Positions 62,839-64,000 of a stretch of DNA of 64,000 nt are shown here, in pieces; the first letter of the stretch is position 1; each line of letters opens with the position of its first letter. Position numbers and translations under genes: made by a program. Source of the DNA: Tagaea sp. (GTDB taxonomy: Bacteria; Pseudomonadota; Alphaproteobacteria; CACIAM-22H2); the NCBI GenBank assembly GCA_965279525.1, contig CBDIIB010000005.1, forward strand, positions 512,001-576,000. Reading direction: 5' to 3'. Below the pieces are notes generated by a model. That model saw nothing but the letters and a program-made list of their open reading frames with translations. It had not been told where the DNA came from and searched no databases.

Positions 62839-63594
62839 CTAGTCCGCCGCCTGCGCCTGCACGGGCACGTCGAGCCCGTCGAGCGACTGGGGATCGGTGA
62901 GCGCCCAGTTTGCGGCGGGTGCGACGGCCGCCTCGTCCTTGTAGAAGCCCCAGCGGCCGAATTCCGTGAAGCGCGCGGGCACGATCGCGTGGTCGCGCGG
63001 CGTGACCTTGTAGAGCTTGCCGTCGCGCCCGATCAGCGGGATCGGGCGGTTCCGGCGCGCGAAGACGCGGCGCATGCTGGCCGAATGGTCGCGGTTTGCG
63101 GCGAACTCGTCCTTGTCGACCGCGAACAGCATCTCGTAGGCGGCCACGAACTCGTCGAGGAAGCGCTGGTTGACGATCTGGAGCTGCGACTGCACCCAGC
63201 AGCGGTCCTCGAACGTCCAGAACACCGACATGCCCACGAGGTCGCCCTCGCGCGTGATGTAGGGGAAGAACGGGAAGGTGCGGCACGACATCGAGCGGTT
63301 GTCGCGCTCGCAGAACGCCGCCCCCTTGCACTCGATCGCCGTGCAGTCGTGATGCAGGTCGGAGAGTTCCTTCTCCGTCGCCTTGTCGGGGGCGACGAAC
63401 TCGCGCCACAGGTCGCTGCGCGATTTCAGCAGCGCCCATTCGTGGTTGTCGACGATGGGGATCGCGTCGTCGGTCGAGCAGCAGACCGGCGTGCCGTTGT
63501 TGTGCGCGGCACAGCGCGCCCCGCAGTCGAACGCCGACACGGGTGCGGTGAAGAGCTTGTAGATGCGTTCGTAGATTTCAGGGGAAGCGGACAT
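62839..63594 (-). CDS. Cys-rich YkgJ/CxxCxxCC-like putative metal-binding protein
   Basis: DCGARC...VCC ... ECKGAAFCERDNRSMSCRTFPF ... C. Confidence 0.65.
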   Translation of the reverse strand: MSASPEIYERIYKLFTAPVSAFDCGARCAAHNNGTPVCCSTDDAIPIVDNHEWALLKSRSDLWREFVAPDKATEKELSDLHHDCTAIECKGAAFCERDNRSMSCRTFPFFPYITREGDLVGMSVFWTFEDRCWVQSQLQIVNQRFLDEFVAAYEMLFAVDKDEFAANRDHSASMRRVFARRNRPIPLIGRDGKLYKVTPRDHAIVPARFTEFGRWGFYKDEAAVAPAANWALTDPQSLDGLDVPVQAQAAD

Positions 63595-63693
63595 TCGGAT
63601 GACTATAGAGGTGGGCTCGCCCGAGTCGCCAGAGCGCATCGGCGTACCTTGCGATTCTTTCGTCGCACCTGTGGCGCTTGCGCCACGCGCCCG

Positions 63694-64000
63694 CTATTCG
63701 ACCTGCAGCACGCGCGTCGTGCGGACCGTGCGGTCCTCGAGGTCGAGATCGGTCGGCACGTCGTAGCACGCGATCTCGGCAAGGAAGCTGCCCGGCAAAT
63801 AGGCACGCCCCGGATCGGCGACGAGGACCGTCGCACCCGCAGCCTTGCGGGCCTTCAGCCACGGCCAGATGCGGTCCGCCATCGGCTTTTCATAGAACAC
63901 GTCGCCGGCAAGGATCAGGTCGTAGACCGGCGGCGGGTCGAGCGCGGTCACGTCATCGAGCCGCACGTCGAGCGCCACACCGTTGGCGGCGGCGTTGAGT
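63694..64000 (-). CDS. SAM-dependent methyltransferase (PrmA/Nnt1-like), 5' end outside the window
   Basis: LNAAANGV, DLILAGDVFYE, LVADPGRAYLP, YDVPT..DLED. Confidence 0.8.
   Translation of the reverse strand, partial: LNAAANGVALDVRLDDVTALDPPPVYDLILAGDVFYEKPMADRIWPWLKARKAAGATVLVADPGRAYLPGSFLAEIACYDVPTDLDLEDRTVRTTRVLQVE

Overview
High-GC alphaproteobacterial (Rhodospirillales-like) chromosomal segment made up mostly of core genes. In order: a partial ~1,080+ aa fused Fe-S flavoprotein (GltD/NfnB-like plus NfnA/PyrK-like) under a MarR regulator; ctaA; znuB-znuC-zur / znuA with a Zur box; mutY, dciA, dsbA, smc; the F0 ATP synthase operon; an SDR; gcvTHP under a tandem glycine riboswitch; ispH-thrB-SIMPL-rnhA; hupE/ureJ; two tandem Prx5-type peroxiredoxins, scsB/dsbD and yqgE; the aa3 oxidase operon running into surf1, an M32 peptidase, thrC and an M16 peptidase; tldD-exoD-uppP; a sigma54-driven cyanate ABC transporter plus cyanase; a DUF1190/GspS-like pair; a stand-alone EF-G with a structured leader; a secreted 5-repeat beta protein; a plcP-glycosyltransferase / lipid-kinase cluster with a Pho-box-like site; pmbA, a bactofilin-like membrane protein and ubiD; a 2OG-Fe(II) oxygenase; one AT-rich orphan gene; a Cys-rich YkgJ-like protein; and a partial methyltransferase. 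I saw no rRNA, tRNA, CRISPR array, integrase or transposase. No clearly new multi-gene system is proven here. The best candidates are the MarR-controlled fused Nfn-like oxidoreductase, the EF-G leader RNA, the orphan boxA/CtrA-like intergenic element, the AT-rich orphan and the ubiD-flanking unknowns. All product calls come from motif recognition by eye, not from database searches.
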